A DNA stretch of 63,798 nt, the filler included, from Octopus bimaculoides (lineage: Eukaryota): NCBI RefSeq assembly GCF_001194135.2. It is 7 parts of 5 records of this genome, joined end to end, with 100 filler letters (N's around TTAATTAATTAA, not from the genome) between each part and the next. Parts side by side here need not be neighbours in the genome. Positions count along the whole stretch, not along the records: positions 1 to 12,489 come from NC_068983.1; positions 12,590 to 27,600 come from NC_068982.1; 5 more parts are not named here. One strand, 5' to 3'. Below are positions 1 through 13,968 of the stretch, in pieces. Numbering within the stretch: position 1 is the stretch's first letter; each line of letters begins with the position of its first letter. Below the pieces are notes generated by a model. The model was given only the letters and a program-made list of their open reading frames with translations. It did no database searches and was not told the origin of the DNA. The translations under genes were made by a program, and so were the position numbers.

Positions 1-17
1 TGTAATTCATCAACTCT

Positions 18-1163
18 GTGTTTGTACTGTCTATTGCTGTTAGCATTGTTTTTTGCATATTACTATTGGTGTTAGGAGTATTTTCGGGAGGTGTGAATCT
101 CCCTGCTTTGTTTGTGTTTGCATTTTGTTTTGTTTTCTTCTTACTGCGCTTCCTCTTTCCTTTCGTAGCTATTTGCCACCCTTCCCCACTCTATTCATCC
201 GATGAGAGTTCTGAGGAGACAGAAAGAGGTAACGGCAAATTGTGTGCGTCTGTGTGTGTTTCTGTGAGTGTTTGTGTTGCTATTTTTGTTGGTGTTGGCT
301 GCTTGTTATTTGTGTGTGGTGTATGTGATATGGGGGAGGGAGAGGCAGTCTTGGAATTTTCTTTTTTTTGTCTCTCCTGTTTCTGCAGTTTCTGTTGTCT
401 TTTCTGTTGTGGTTATTGCTGATATTTCTGTTGTTNNNNNNNNNNGTTTGGAGGAATCTTCCGTGAAGCCTCCTCTGTGATGTGGAGAAGGATTTCCAGA
501 TCCCTCCCCCCAGTTCTTTTCCTCTACGACCGTAACTTCCAAAATATTTGCCTCCTCCATTTCGAGGCATACGGCCGATACTACCCATTGGGTGTCCACT
601 TCTGATGGCACGTTTTTTATAATTACTTTGGTCACTCTCTGTCCAAGATAACTCGCTATCATCACCAAGTTATCTGTGCGGAGAGAGAGTGTCGAAAATT
701 GCTTCGCTAAATTTTCATTTAAGAATCTCACCTGTACCGTGGCAAATTTCCGTCCCCACGTGACATGCTCTTGATGAGCCCATACAGGTTTAAGACATAT
801 CTCGATCTTATCTGTGCTAAAATTTTCTGCACGTTTGGTTTTTGCGTTTACCAGTTTATAAATGATGCATTTTTTTTTGTTCTATAATTTCTTTTGGAAT
901 GTTTATTTTAACATCATCGCCTTCTTTCTTAAGAAAGGATTTTGTGTTTTTAATTTGTTATTGTGTGAATGTCACTATTCTCCTTTTTTCCTTTATAGCA
1001 TCGGCGAAATTTGTTTTTGTTTTTCTGGCGGACATGTCCTTTGGAACATTTTTGTTTATGTTGGTGTATGTACTGCCGGGTACAAAGGTGGCGCTAGTGG
1101 CAGCAGAGTTTGTTGAACAGGTGGTGGTGTCGGTGCTGACGGCCGATAAATTTGCGTCCTTGC

Positions 1164-1202
<39 letters not shown>

Positions 1203-1804
1203 GGTTGTTATTGTTGGTGGTGGTGGTGATGACGGCGTCAGCAGCAATGGTGCTTACGTCAGAGACATTTGTGACGGTTTTTACGCATGGTCTTCTAACC
1301 TTGGTTACAGTCTTGTTTTTGTTGTTGGTGTTGGTGGTGGTGACAGGGCTGTTAACAGTATCCGTGACGTATAAATTTGCGTCCTTGCTGTTGTTCTTGT
1401 TTTTTGTTGTTGTCGTTGTTGGTGGTGGTGGTGGTGGTGGTGAGAGGTCTGTTAGTAGCTGTAATCGTCGTCTTTGTGACGTTTACAGCAACTGCGTTCC
1501 TGTCACTGTGTGAGCACGCGCTACTCTGTTCTTTTTTCTCTTCTGGCATCTGAAGCCTCGGGAAATGCTCATCAAAAGTAGAAGACAAGCGTTCCAAAAT
1601 TGCGGTTTCAAATGTCGAGAAGGAAATTTTTGTATTTTGCTAGGGCCGAAACTGCCCCTGGGAGCCAATTCCTGCCTTTGTAAATACACAGAAATGAAGC
1701 CTAGGTGCTTCGCAACAGAAATATTTAAAAAATCCAACAAAATGTGGGCAATAGAAGGTCAAAAAGAGGTTTACCTCTGCAGCCGATGTGGCAGCACGTC
1801 CGTC
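18..1804 (-). mobile_element. Decayed non-LTR retrotransposon 5' region/ORF1 (Tx1/L1-like gag-type protein), frameshifted, with internal low-complexity expansions
   Basis: Minus-strand frames give S/T/N-rich N-terminus, NFADAIK, then YLGQRVTKVIIKNVPSEVDTQWVVSAV (GxRxxxVxIxxVP motif typical of Tx1/L1 ORF1 RRM region) and a C-terminal GWQIATKGKRKR basic segment. Several stops/frameshifts; no zinc knuckle seen. Confidence 0.6.

Positions 1805-1861
<57 letters not shown>
1805..1861. repeat. (AGAT)14 microsatellite abutting the 5' end of the ORF1 element
   Basis: Direct reading. Confidence 0.97.
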
Positions 1862-1863
<2 letters not shown>

Positions 1864-2249
1864 TGTATAACTATAGTGTTAAATAAAGAGAAGCAGTGAT
1901 CAGAGTGCGTCTGAGTGACTGTTATATTAAGTGAATATGTAGCACATGTATATAATAAAATTCTTGCATGGTTTTGTTAAATCTAGAATCGAAACTTTTC
2001 CTAGTAATAAATACATTTTTCTTACATCATATGACCAGTGATTTAATAGCCTTTCTTGCCTTCCAAATATAGTAAAATCTATTCCATGTATAAAATTTAT
2101 TCCACCTATGAGTGAAAGTATACAGCGTTTGTTTTACATTATTTCTTTATCGAAATAGGTTTTATAAATCATTTTATGTCAATAACTAACAGCATTTTAA
2201 ACTGAATGATGGATATATTTTCTTTTCCTTCTGCATATTTCAAAAGAGA

Positions 2250-3990
2250 AACAACAGAAGGCTTTTTTCACATTCCTTGAAGGTTATTGAGAACAAAATG
2301 CATAACACCCTGGGCAATTTTGCACAGATTCCCGTAGATTTTAACTACATGTCAAACCATTGTTTTTTTAAAGTAATTTTACATTATTTTTACAAAACTT
2401 TTCAATATTTATACGCGCCGATTACATTTCTTCTAATATATATAAATGTCACGGGTAAATGATATGTGATGTGTATTTCATACAAAAGTTCATGCAAGAA
2501 ACCACAATGTATGTTAGGCATAAGACACACACGGAAGTCTTTTCTAAAATGGAAACCAGGAAGTTGAGCAATACTATTAATGTTTTCACTCATATATTTA
2601 GTCCGAATATCTGCACTGCATCACATAAATTTCAACGACCTTAAACCATTGAATTATCGGTCGTAAGTAGCGGGTATTTGTCAATATTGATGAAAATTGC
2701 AAAAGGGAAATTAGAATTAACTCTTGTTACCCTATAATCTGCTCAAACCAATAATCAATACGTTTTACAAGATGGTGACATCTGATGAGATACAATTTGA
2801 CCAGGTGATACGCCGTTGTTATTCTTCGTTACAGAATTAAACGTATCTCAGGCAGAAAAAGACAAAATAGTTTTTGTATGACATGCATCAGATCAACCTG
2901 TGAAATCCTCCAATATCCTATGAAATAATGATTTATATAATTCACACATAATTTCATGTTTCGTTGGAATATTATTTGCTACTTGCATTCATATGATATT
3001 TATTTTGTTGTCACGGTAATACCTGAAAAGTCTAAAATATAATTTCTTGATATTTTTGATAGTTTCGCCTACTGCCAGAACGAATATATAATAAAAACAT
3101 TTGTGTATTTGGAGATATATTTATCGTTTGTCATTGACGCAAAAGCCATCCAATTTTTAAGTCTGCTTATAATTTCCAAAGTACAGAATATCTTGTTATT
3201 TGCGTGGTACAAGTAATTCTAAGATATTATTGTCGATTGAGTGAAATAGTCTGCGACCCGTCTGAGGGTGACATCTGTCCATTCAGCGTAAATAAAGTCG
3301 CAAGTAAATTGTCATGCCTTGCACATTGTAGCTTGTACTAATATTTTATCTGTACCTATATAAATATTGGTATAGAGACAGAGTTGATATTAACCATCTC
3401 TATAATACTAACTTACAGAACAAAACTAAAATTTACATAATTGTTTTTACGAGATTACGATCTGATAGAAACGATTTTAATATATAATTCGTATATAATT
3501 ACACTATATTACACAACATTACTTTTTGTGCAGTTCCGAAATTATAAACAATCAATATTATACTGCCTTATGATATTACGGAATGAGGCATGTAGTACTC
3601 GATTACAGCTCTTAGTACCACTGCACTTAACAGTTAAGGTATTACTAGAGTTGGAGGTAGACTCCTCCGTACAGCTGGATGGGTTGACACCAATATTTGC
3701 TGCAGATGCAGATTTCGAGGAGAATCGTTGGCTGCATGCATGCGGAAGAATTCGCAAGGACTGGCCTTTATGCTCTAGAGTCCCCTACACCTGCTATACA
3801 TTGTTCAGTGACATGTTTGTAACTGTCTACTGCAAATGATAGCAGAACGCGAGAGTTCGCAAACTTTTCAGATGTGAGTTAGTGTTGCTGTTGGAAGACG
3901 ACATGCATATCGGGCATAATTTATAGTACATCTTGACACATGAATCGCAAATTTGGTTCCGCTGTCAGCCAAGAGATTGGCGCCTGTTTT
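2250..3990 (+). pseudogene. Decayed protocadherin/cadherin ectodomain exon (several EC-repeat remnants)
   Basis: Across shifting + frames, in the expected order: LKVIENKMHNTLGNFA; TELNVSQAEKDKIVFV*HASDQ...VGILFAT; LKYNFLIF...VIDA(ND)HPIFKSAYNFQSTE; NYKQSILYCLMILRNEACSTRLQLLVPLHLTVKV; IFAADADFEEN; AERESSQTFQM*VSV...FIVHLDT. These resemble cadherin DxNDNxPxF, AxDxDxGxN, LDRE/DYE and YxLxVxAxD motifs. Many stops and indels. Confidence 0.6.
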
Positions 3991-5733
3991 AAACATTTAC
4001 GTCAGTAACTTATGGGTACTTGTAATTGGAAACAAAACAGTCTAGGGCAGAGACCGACTCACGCGATACATTATAGTAAGCATAAATAAGGTATATGGAA
4101 TAACAGGGCCCGAATGAACTTACATCAATCAAAACATTCGATAGAGCACAATGCACAATATTTGTGTGGAAGACAACGCCTTTCAAAACGTAAATGACGC
4201 GGAAAGAATTTTGCGTCATTTATGAAAGTCACAGACATATATTATACACGCATACATAAATATATATATATATATGTATGCGTCTGTGTATTCTTAATTA
4301 ATGGTACTGCAAATATAATATCCTTACGTATCTCACGTCTATTATCATTCCTCCACTTCACTCTGTATTTCATATATTCTTTGTAACAACCATTTCTTAA
4401 ACATTATCTCGCACCGTCTCTGAAACAGCTGCAAAGTATCCACAGGCTTGGATTTTTTTAAATCTCATTCTGTTAATCATTATATATATATATATATATA
4501 TATATNNNNNNNNNNNNNNNNNNNNNNNNNNNNNNNNNNNNNNNNNNNNNNNNNNNNNNNNNNNNNNNNNNNNNNNNNNNNNNNNNNNNNNNNNNNNNNN
4601 NNNNNNNNNNNNNNNNNNNNNNNNNNNNNNNNNNNNNNNNNNNNNNNNNNNNNNNNNNNNNNNNNNNNNNNNNNNNNNNNNNNNNNNNNNNNNNNNNNNN
4701 NNNNNNNNNNNNNNNNNNNNNNNNNNNNNNNNNNNNNNNNNNNNNNNNNNNNNNNNNNNNNNNNNNNNNNNNNNNNNNNNNNNNNNNNNNNNNNNNNATA
4801 TACATAATTCTAGGGAAGCTATATTTAGGAATCATGCTTCTGATAACGAACACCATTTCATCAATTATTAATGCGCAGTTGGCGGTCCACTGAGAAGCGA
4901 AATTTTCTCAAAATTTTAATGCTTAGATTATTTAATGCTTAGATTATCTTTGTACACATAATTTATATGTGTATATGCATACACACGCACCCACAGGACA
5001 AGCACATATACACAAACATATACACACACATATATGTATGGAATATACATAAAATAAATGTATAGAAAAATATAATGCGCATTTTCCGTGTTTTGTGTAC
5101 AGTAAATATAAATATATGTCATGCAGTGTATATATGCTCATGCACATATGTATCTCTCTGTATATTTATATGTGTGAATATGTATATTTTCCGCTCATAT
5201 ATTTTTAGTTAAAGCAATAGGAATTCTCATTTACGAAGAATATATTTCTATCGGCAAGATATTAATAATGCATGGCTCCGGAAAGTAGAATGAAAATAAA
5301 ATATAAAATAACACATGTAATCAATAAGTATAAACATAAATAAATAAATGTTCTTTAAAATATCCATTTCTGTTAAAAACTACATTCTGCATATATTATT
5401 TACATATACATATCTCTTATGATTTTAATTCCAGAAGAATTTAATTTTCCATATTGCAGTAAATAAGTTGAATCAAGATACATAACACAGGGCTGGATTG
5501 ATATTATTATTTTTTATTTTGGGTAACTTTGTGGTTATGAAGTTAGTTTCAAAAAGCTAGCATTCGGAATTTGATACACTTCCGCATCTAATTTTGTAAT
5601 TGATTTCAACTCTGGGTGGTATGTCTAATTTTTTTATGTGAGCGGGGATTGGTGGGCACAAACCGTGAGGAAACTGTCATATGTACACACTGGTGCTTAC
5701 ATCCACAGATATACATACATAGGTGTGTATATG

Positions 5734-5837
<104 letters not shown>

Positions 5838-6640
5838 TGTATATATGCATATATATGTATCTATAGCTATGTATTTATATATATTTGTATATATATGTAT
5901 ATATGCATATATATATAGAGAGAGAGTGATATATACGCGCGCACACAAACACATATATCTATATATGTGTGTGTCTATGTGAGAATGTATGCTTGTATTT
6001 ATAAGTTTGCGTGTGTATATGTGTGTGTGTGAAAACATGTGCAAACAAGCATTTCCATCGACAATTCCATTATTCATTAGATACTGCGTTGCATTCTTTT
6101 ACGGGAAATTGTCTAAAATAAATGTTGGATACTTTAGAATGACAAAAGTGATTATTCCCACAAAGTTGTTACGCAATCACCGTTTCCTTAAAAAAATAAA
6201 CACGCATTTAAAGAAGGTTCACACACAAACTTGTACCATTTATTGTTTCTTCCATCATTGATGTCATAGCACTATTCAAAGTAATACAACAAAGAAGCTC
6301 CCCTCGTTTTAAATTATTCCTTTTACATTGTCTATCATATCTCAATTAAATTACCTCATAATTAACTATTTTCGAAGGATGGTAGCATTTAAACAAATGG
6401 AAATGAGGCGTTTTAAGTTTATACTAGAGTGACTGCTTGATAGTCGAATTAGAGATGTGATATTTTATTTGTCAATTTACTATTGCTTATGGATTTCAAT
6501 AAAATAATTGATTCTTCATATTTTAGTTTGCATTTATACTTAGCTGTATTTGATTTCAGTTGGAGAAATATCATTAATAATTTGAAGGCAGTCAACTTGA
6601 TATGTTAATGATGTTATTACATATTTACATCAAACACAAG

Positions 6641-6790
6641 GGCGCGTATAGTTTAGTGGTTAGTGGTTAGAATGTTGCAAAAACGATCCTGAGATCATGG
6701 CTTCAATTACTGGACTGGGTAGTGTGTTGTGTTCTTTAGAAAAAAACATTTCATCTCACTTAGCCCTGTATTCACTTCGATATCTGATGT
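6641..6790 (+). mobile_element. Diverged tRNA-derived SINE head
   Basis: GGCGCGTATAGTTTAGTGG A-box-like start; body similar to the SINEs at 53341 and 59640. Confidence 0.65.
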
Positions 6791-8089
6791 GCATTACACC
6801 GTTCGCCTCATCAACGTCGATTAATTTTGAGGGCATAAACTAACGTACATCACATATATTTGATCACTCTGTATAAATCATCTGAACAGAGTCTTCAACA
6901 AGAAATTGCTCAATCTTCTTTCTCGGATTATGGCAGACTACTGTATATTAGGTACAGTAAAAGTTTACGTTTAACTATTTTCTACTTATTTTACTAAAGA
7001 CACAGCTACTGTTTTCGCATAGAAAATCCCTTGAAGAAGGAATTTGTACTGCATCAGATGAAATTGCTCTTAGTATCCGTTTAAGTTAACTGTTTCAACT
7101 CCCATCAGGTTTACTTTCATTTTGATCCATTAATATTCGAAGCATATGACTCAATGTTGGTGAGGCGTTCCATTGTCTTTGACGCCTGTGCCCCTGTATG
7201 TTAAGTGTCAAATTTTGAAAGAGTAAATTTTCATGATGTTTTATTTAATTAAATTACTATGGCCCGTTTTATACGTATAATTGTGGTTAATTTTAAATAA
7301 TGCATGTATATATTTATCGAGCGGGTTTCGTTATTGAACTAAATTAAAGGAATATAACACAATGAGCAAAACGGCTGCTGTGGCGCCACATATAATATCT
7401 GGATCAAATCATTATTATAAAGTTCAATTTCTATTATATAAATATGTATTCTTCCTGGATTGCCTTACATGATAAAAGCCTTTGTTATGGAAATAGATAT
7501 GTTAAATTTCCATCATAATTAACTGTTTTTGGTTTGAAACGCTTAAAATATTGTATGCAAACTTCATCAGCGGTTTTCTCTGGTGATTTATTCATTGCAT
7601 ATTGTGATTTTGTGAGACATTAAAATCAATCTGAAATAGTATTTAAACCAAGATAATAATAATCATTCTTTTATAATGATATTTTAGATTTCTCGAACAT
7701 GTGTAGTGAACTGGAAAATTCGATATGTTGCTGGAATAATTTTCTGCATTTATACTGGGTCTCTGGTTTCAAGTTCCTGGGACACTCATCTACCTGACGT
7801 CTATCATATACCAGTCTTACACTGGAGAAATTCCTCCTTTCCCCTGAACTCGTCTCTGGGTTAGCCCCGAGATGTTAAAGGTGTGGAGAAGCAGTAATCC
7901 CTTATCCACCAGAACCCGATTTTATCGAAACAATCTTATTTGCAAATGAGGCAGAGTATTAATTGTTGATATGGATTAGTCGGTTAAATAGACTTTACTA
8001 ATTCAGTGTTTCTTTATTCTCCGTCAACGATGGCAGAAAAACTAAATTGATAAATACAATTTATCAATTATATAATTAAATTTATAATG

Positions 8090-8260
8090 ACTTAAGATTA
8101 GCCTTTGCTCCATTGATATTAACTTTAATCACCTGCTTAGTATCGTAGATTGGTGCAACTGTTAGAATGTGGAATACGTTACCTACATCATTTATTTCAT
8201 ATCCGTGCGTTCTGAATTCCAAAATATATCAATATCAGCGGTATATCTCGCTCTATAGTG
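8090..8260 (+). mobile_element. Possible CR1/L2-clade LINE 3' coding remnant
   Basis: Frame reads ATVRMWNTLPTSF, resembling the conserved C-terminal RxVxxWNxLP motif of CR1/L2 ORF2. Short. Confidence 0.4.
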
Positions 8261-9824
8261 CTCGATAAATAAGCTATCATCGATGAACAGCAATCGGTTT
8301 ACTGAAACCTGCCCTCCCACTCAATAAATATCATGTGTAGGAAAGTTCAGTGAGATACTTCTTTATAGTCCTCTTTAGCCAAATCACCTTCTACAGTAGA
8401 TTTAGAGAGAATGAAAATTGAGTGAGGACTTTATTGGTATAAGCCATATTAGTATTATCCGTGTTAATACTTGTTTCATACTTTATTTAATGTAGCAGAT
8501 GAAAATGGAAAGCAAATTTGACATCGACGCGGTTCGAACGCAGAACCGAAAGAAATGGAACAGGTTACTTTAGTCAAAGTTCCGTCTATCATTATAGGGT
8601 TCGTTCAAGGGACTTTAGTCTACATAACATACACCTGTTCTTCAACAGAATTTTACATTCTATACTCTGAAATGATGAAAAGCAAATGGAGACCACAGCG
8701 AGATTTCAGCTCAGATGAAGGAATGCTGAAACGTTATTTCGCTGACACTCAACAATTGTCAATCCACCACTCCAAATAAAGTATTTAAAGACGTATTTTC
8801 ACGACATAAGTTCACATTTATATTGGTTACGCAAATTGAATATCTAATGTTCATATAGTACGGCTTCCATCGTAAGCAATTTTCAATATTTTTATTCTGA
8901 ATTCCTGAGAACGATATATAAAAATTATTTGAATCGCCCCATTAGCTTTTATTGATATTATATGTGTGCGCTTCGACATCAAAATTATCAGAACAAAAAC
9001 GTCATGTGTGACAGTTTTCATTATTTAGTAGAACATTATGTATCCCCAATCTCAGCTTAGTTATAGATTTTTTTTTTTTAATCGAGTTTCTTTACACAAG
9101 GTAGGAATATTACTTTAGGATTATCCTTATATTTATTTGTTTCATTCGTCTTTTTAGTACAGGAATACTGTTTTGCTATGTAAACCCTTTTATATTTAAT
9201 CCATATCATTGCTATTATGCAAAAGTGTAGTAAGTCCAAAACGTTGCTTTTTCGGAAAACGAAAAATACAATTTCATCCCACCATTTCTTTTTACATTAG
9301 CAAAGTTTCAGCTTAACAATAGAAGTATGAGAGTTCAGTCAGAAATATTTTCGCAAAACTCTCATATGTGGGACTTACTACTAAATAGTTGTACTACACT
9401 TTGACAATTTTCATATCCTAGCAACTTAAGGAACTGGAGATACGATAGTTTGACCAAAAGAACGGGCTATTTCAAGCAAAATTAAAATGGCAAAGAATAT
9501 AAACTAGATCGAAAACAGTGATATACATATATATATATTCTTATTATTTGCTACAATAATAAGTTGACATATCTACGCGATATAGAATTCTCTGTCTCTG
9601 TTTATAATTACTGCAATGGCCATGTGTTTGTTTATATGCATAATACCGATTCAGTATTGTGTTCCACGTTTAAGATGAAAATCTTTACTATTGAATATCT
9701 TAATGCCATAAATTTTACCATAGTAGTCTTATAGCCAAAACCGTGATTTCCACTTATAGCGTCATATATTCGCCTAATCTGCCTTCTAATATCATTTTGC
9801 GTGTAATTCAGGTACATATTTTGG

Positions 9825-9900
<76 letters not shown>

Positions 9901-10735
9901 TAATACCTATCATGTTTGCGCTAGAACATTGTATCTGCATCATACTTTGCTTCTATTTTTCTCTTCCTTACTGCATTACTCACTATAGGTATTTCATTTT
10001 GCGTATGTCCTAATTCAGGTGTTGATATTTTCAATTCGCTAGTGTGTTCTGATACGCTCTTTCGTTTATATATGTTATTTGGCCTTGAGACAACCTTCAC
10101 GTATAACATAGATTTCTGTGTAGACAGCTGCAGCATGGCTAGATAATATTAATTTAATAGACATACTTATTTTTCCCGATTAAATGTATACCTTTTCTCA
10201 TTTACTTCTAAAGATTCTTGATTAGATAAGAGTACAGATATTCATTTACATGTAACGAATCATTTTAGTCATTTAATAGCATAAGTTTTTGCGACACATA
10301 TATTGAATACATGTCATGCGTAGGTAAGTGAAACTTTCTCATTTGCCTCTAGACACTGGGAATATATTAGCGATTTTGATATTTCATCATTAGAAACATT
10401 TGTATTACGTTGTATTCATTAGGTGACGAACAATAAAATCAGAAAAGGAAACTAATTAATTCCATCCACAATTACCGTTCAGCATTTAACTCATATTTTC
10501 GGTTCTAATTGATAATAGTTAAGTAGACTTCATAATTAATAGAACTCCTTGAGCTATTCTCACCTGTTGGGCATAAGTTAATGAGCAGAAAAATGAAAGT
10601 GTTATTGGCATTTACGACATATTCTATCATTGTAATGGTTTCCCACAGCACAACATTCCTGTTTGTATCTTTGATTTACTCAATATTTATGTGATATACA
10701 CACGGAATGGATAACACGATACGCACCGAGAATAT

Positions 10736-10774
<39 letters not shown>

Positions 10775-11954
10775 NNNNNNNNNNNNNNNNNNNNNNNNNN
10801 NNNNNNNNNNNNNNNNNNNNNNNNNNNNNNNNNNNNNNNNNNNNNNNNNNNNNNNNNNNNNNNNNNNNACACAGAAAGAGCGATCGAAGTTTATGCTATG
10901 TATAACGAACACGTATACAAGAAGATCAGCAAAATCTAAATTACGCGAGCTTAGAAACTCATTTATGTGACTAAGACAGCTTCCATTTATCATCAGAATT
11001 ATTCCTAAACATACAATAAAAATAGTGAAGCGGGCCCTTGTATACACCCTATAAGAATAGGAAAAGTTATTCAACCATAGCATGAAAAAGTAGGAATGGA
11101 TTTGGGAAGGTAAGGTAATGTATGAGAGAGGCGTGATAAAGTAAAGAACGGAATGCTCTGAAGCACACACATCTTCGAATGCGTATAATGCAAATAGTGT
11201 AATCACAATAATACGAAGAAAAAGGCGCCGAGGACGAAAAGGATTATAAAAATAAAATGATAATAATAATAAGATCAATGTTACACCGTATGATGTACAA
11301 CTCTCGGACAGATAGCACAACATATTTGGCTAAAGCTGAAATCCATTCTACCAAACAACATATAAAATTATGGTTCAAGTTAAACGGTTGTTTACGTCGA
11401 AGCCGTATGTGGGGATTCGTTTTGTATGCTCGCAAACGGATCGGCGAATATACATAACTTTCCTGAACTAAAATTCCTACGTGGTAAAATACATCCGTTC
11501 GAATCCTTGGAAGCGTCTCAAACTTTTTTTAAACCTTTCTAAAATTGGTGCAAATGCATAAAAGTCACTGATGATTCACTATACAGGTACAGGCTTGTGA
11601 TTTAGCAGTTAAATGTCGATAATTGCAGCGTTGTGATTATAGACAATAAAGGCTTCCTCAGATGTGTATAGATTTAAATTGCTTTCCAGGCTTTTCAGCT
11701 TTCTAAAACAAATTGTTTAACTCCAGTTAATATTCAGTAAAGTATGAGATTCCCCTTCCAAATATGTGAAAATGCAACATTTAATCGTGCCGCTCAGTTG
11801 CGCTACACTGAAAATGAAATGAAATCATTTTACTGAGTAGGTCATTGTCAGTGATTTTGCAGGTTCAACAAACATGCGCACACGTAGAAACCGCATACGT
11901 AGTGATCAACGCTTGACAATAATAAAATAGGAATATACACACACACACACACAT

Positions 11955-12077
<123 letters not shown>

Positions 12078-12317
12078 CAAAGGGCATGGCAGATTTTCCT
12101 AGGTCCCTTATCATGTGAATACGAAATACATAAAAAAACTCATCTAAGTGTTAGGTTTCAAGCGCTCTAATATTACAATTCAAAGAAAAACAGTATTACA
12201 AAACTTACGATCGTTTCGAGTTATTCGTTTGTAATGGGCGACTTTCCAGCTGATCTTTGCTCATATTAATAACTAATTAGCTGCGCTGCAGAGAAAGATT
12301 TTCCTTTTTCCCTATCA

Positions 12318-12319
<2 letters not shown>

Positions 12320-12393
<74 letters not shown>
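12320..12393. repeat. (TTA)n microsatellite
   Basis: Direct reading. Confidence 0.97.
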
Positions 12394-12396
<3 letters not shown>

Positions 12397-12842
12397 ATAT
12401 CGTCGTCGTCTGCCTAACTCGTCTCCGAGTAATTCCTCAGTAGTTGTCTAGTTAGTGAGCTCCTTCATTTTAATGGTTGCGGCTGGTACNNNNNNNNNNN
12501 NNNNNNNNNNNNNNNNNNNNNNNNNNNNNNNNNTTAATTAATTAANNNNNNNNNNNNNNNNNNNNNNNNNNNNNNNNNNNNNNNNNNNNAAGAAGAAGAA
12601 GAAGAAGAAGAAGAAGAAGAAGAAGAAGAAGAAGAAGAAGAAGAAGAAGAAGACCAACAACAACAATAAGAACAACAACACCAGCAACAATAACTGAAAC
12701 AAATCCAATTCTCTTCTGTGTGGTGTGTGTACGTATGCCGTATGAAACGTAAATTTTCACTGTGTAAATCGTGACCATAGATAGATAGATAGATAGATAG
12801 ATAGATGTAGGGAGAGAGAGAGGGAGAGAGATAGAGAGAGAT

Positions 12843-12891
<49 letters not shown>

Positions 12892-13303
12892 ATTAAGCAT
12901 CAGACGATAATTCCGTCTGCTGACTTCATCCATTATGATTGTTCCATCTGCAGATAGAAGTAGATTAACAGACGACCGCTTCTACATCCGCCGTTCGTGC
13001 AGTCTGTCGCTGCTGCAACTAAACAACCAGCAGGATCAAACACGGGGTGATATAGGTGGATAGAGACGGGCGGCAGGGGCAGAGTGCAAGGGTGAAACGT
13101 GAGTGGGGGAGGGATGCATAATACATACGCACACATCTATACATACCATTGAGCACGAATTTTTCGCACATAAATTCTTACCGATACGTGTGTGTGTGTG
13201 TGTGTATGAGTATACATGCACGCATTCGTATGCATTATTATTCGTATACACTTTCGGAAACGGCGAACATACACATAGCCATCCAGATGCATTCAAAATG
13301 CAT

Positions 13304-13366
<63 letters not shown>

Positions 13367-13744
13367 CATACATATATTCATGCGTAATCATGTAGACGTA
13401 TACAGAAATACATACTGCAGTTACTTTATTGCACACATATATTCAAGCGTATATACAAATACAGACGTCCAAATACATACGCATGCATAAGCATAGAAGT
13501 TACATCGACGCACACATAAAAATCCATTATATCCATTAATATGCAGATGCATATATACACACATACTCAAATATACTCGGTTCAGAGTTCGATCTCTTTG
13601 CGCAGCAAGTGTCTTTTATCTTGACCCTTATTTAACAACATCTTGTAAAATCTAGTCGAGTGAGTCCTCGTGACCGGAACCAATGAAGCATTGGATTGGA
13701 GAAACCAAACGTAGGATTAAAAGTAAAAGGGTAAATTTACCTTC

Positions 13745-13968
13745 TCGCGTCATACCGACTCATAAAGGCTGGTTTCCCGATTTCCATAGCGTATATATTC
13801 CCCACTTGGACGGGGGCGCCGGTCCGTCGCAGGATTACTCGTTTTTACCAGCTGAGTTGACTGGAGCAACGGGAAATGAAGTGTTTTGCTCAAGAACACA
13901 ACGCCTCGCCTGGTCGAGGAATCGAAACCACAATCTTACAATCGTGAATCCAACACCCTAATCACGTA
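13745..13968 (-). mobile_element. tRNA-derived SINE (family D; related copy at 51490-51695)
   Basis: Reverse complement has a B-box-like GGTTTCGATTCC followed by GTGTTCTTGAGCAAAACACTTCATTTC, shared with other SINE heads in the window. Confidence 0.75.

Noticed and set aside
2781-2860. CTGATGA-GATAC...GTATC as a hammerhead (also bare CTGANGA hits at 11567, 15884, 19158, 38438, 48604, 54264)
   Set aside because: No correctly placed GAAA, stem III or NUH; such 7-mers are expected by chance.
3542-3757. Minus-strand Cys/Ser-rich ORF resembling a SUEL lectin or RING fragment
   Set aside because: Better explained as the antisense of the plus-strand cadherin-like remnant; flanked by in-frame stops.
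8695-8745. CAGATGAAGG...GAAACGTT hairpin region as a hammerhead
   Set aside because: Core U4 is mutated and the stems are marginal; too degenerate to call.
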